From Opitutales bacterium (GTDB taxonomy: Bacteria > Verrucomicrobiota > Verrucomicrobiia > Opitutales > PNEW01): a stretch of DNA of 32,000 bases. The notes beneath the pieces are model-generated. The model was not told the DNA's origin, did no database searches, and saw nothing but the letters and a program-made list of their open reading frames with translations. The translations under genes and the position numbers were made by a program. Every line of letters starts with the position of its first letter. The stretch's first letter is position 1. The stretch is from positions 1,170,001 through 1,202,000 of the forward strand of contig CBDCNV010000001.1 of assembly GCA_965219535.1 (NCBI GenBank), read 5' to 3'. Below are positions 31,838-32,000 of this stretch, in pieces.

Positions 31838-32000
31838 GCCCCGGAGGGGCGGCATAGTCGTAGCCCACAGCGCAAGCTGTGGGTTTGGAGTTAAAAAAAA
31901 TCCAGAGCCCCAGCGGGGCGACACAACTTCTTATTCAACCGGAATTGTGTCGCCCCTCCGGGGCTATTTCTTAATCTACATTAATTTACCCACAGCTCAC
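31838..32000. repeat. second copy of the GC-rich composite palindrome (runs off the window)
   Basis: AGCCCCGGAGGGGCG, CCCACAGC-GCAA-GCTGTGGG (31864..31883), AGCCCCAGCGGGGCGACACAA (31906..31926) and TTGTGTCGCCCCTCCGGGGCT (31945..31965). The window ends inside the mirrored CCCACAGC module. Confidence 0.85.

Noticed and set aside
1-32000. Search for tRNA, rRNA, hammerhead-type (CUGAUGA..GAAA) or T-loop (GGTTCGAATCC-like) signatures
   Set aside because: The only matches lie inside well-supported coding regions (for example 10218 and 17475) and lack the surrounding structure. A proper tRNAscan/Infernal run would be needed to be definitive.

Overview
32-kb chromosomal segment from a heterotrophic bacterium. 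Core G+C is about 43-57% in the 60-nt lines I counted by hand. A block at ~28.3-31.65 kb is clearly AT-richer (32-38% in counted lines). I call ~30 protein genes: a CUT1-type ABC sugar importer, a creatininase/enolase/cyclase operon, SixA, four xylose-isomerase-like TIM-barrel genes (two are tandem paralogs), GGT, a Kelch(mutarotase)-SSS fusion, a PhyH dioxygenase, two RraA-like genes, an SDR, an ALDH, a ThrC-like PLP enzyme, GH32, a second enolase-superfamily dehydratase, a receiver-only response regulator, and two secreted/lipoprotein genes. There is one IS1595-family insertion sequence. I recognised no rRNA, tRNA or CRISPR. The gene content suggests an aquatic carbohydrate/organic-acid scavenger, possibly PVC- or FCB-group, but that is a guess. 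The most unusual signal is non-coding. Almost every intergenic region of the GC-normal part is built from a small vocabulary of short-period simple repeats (GTCAAAAG, CTTTTGTG, GTGTTAGG, GACGAAGAC, GACCTTCGAC) and palindromic modules. These sit with nucleotide precision against stop and start codons. Other points: (1) two near-identical inverted ~135-bp elements 17 kb apart whose 23-nt loops are flipped; (2) an IS inserted exactly at the apex of a 16-bp perfect palindrome, with a symmetric 8-bp duplication; (3) a stop-codon-embedded hairpin with a compensatory base-pair change between the tandem paralogs; (4) two adjacent envelope-protein genes in the AT-rich block, each out of frame at a simple-sequence tract (A9 and (CA)3); (5) two topologically coherent domain fusions (SBP-permease and mutarotase-symporter).
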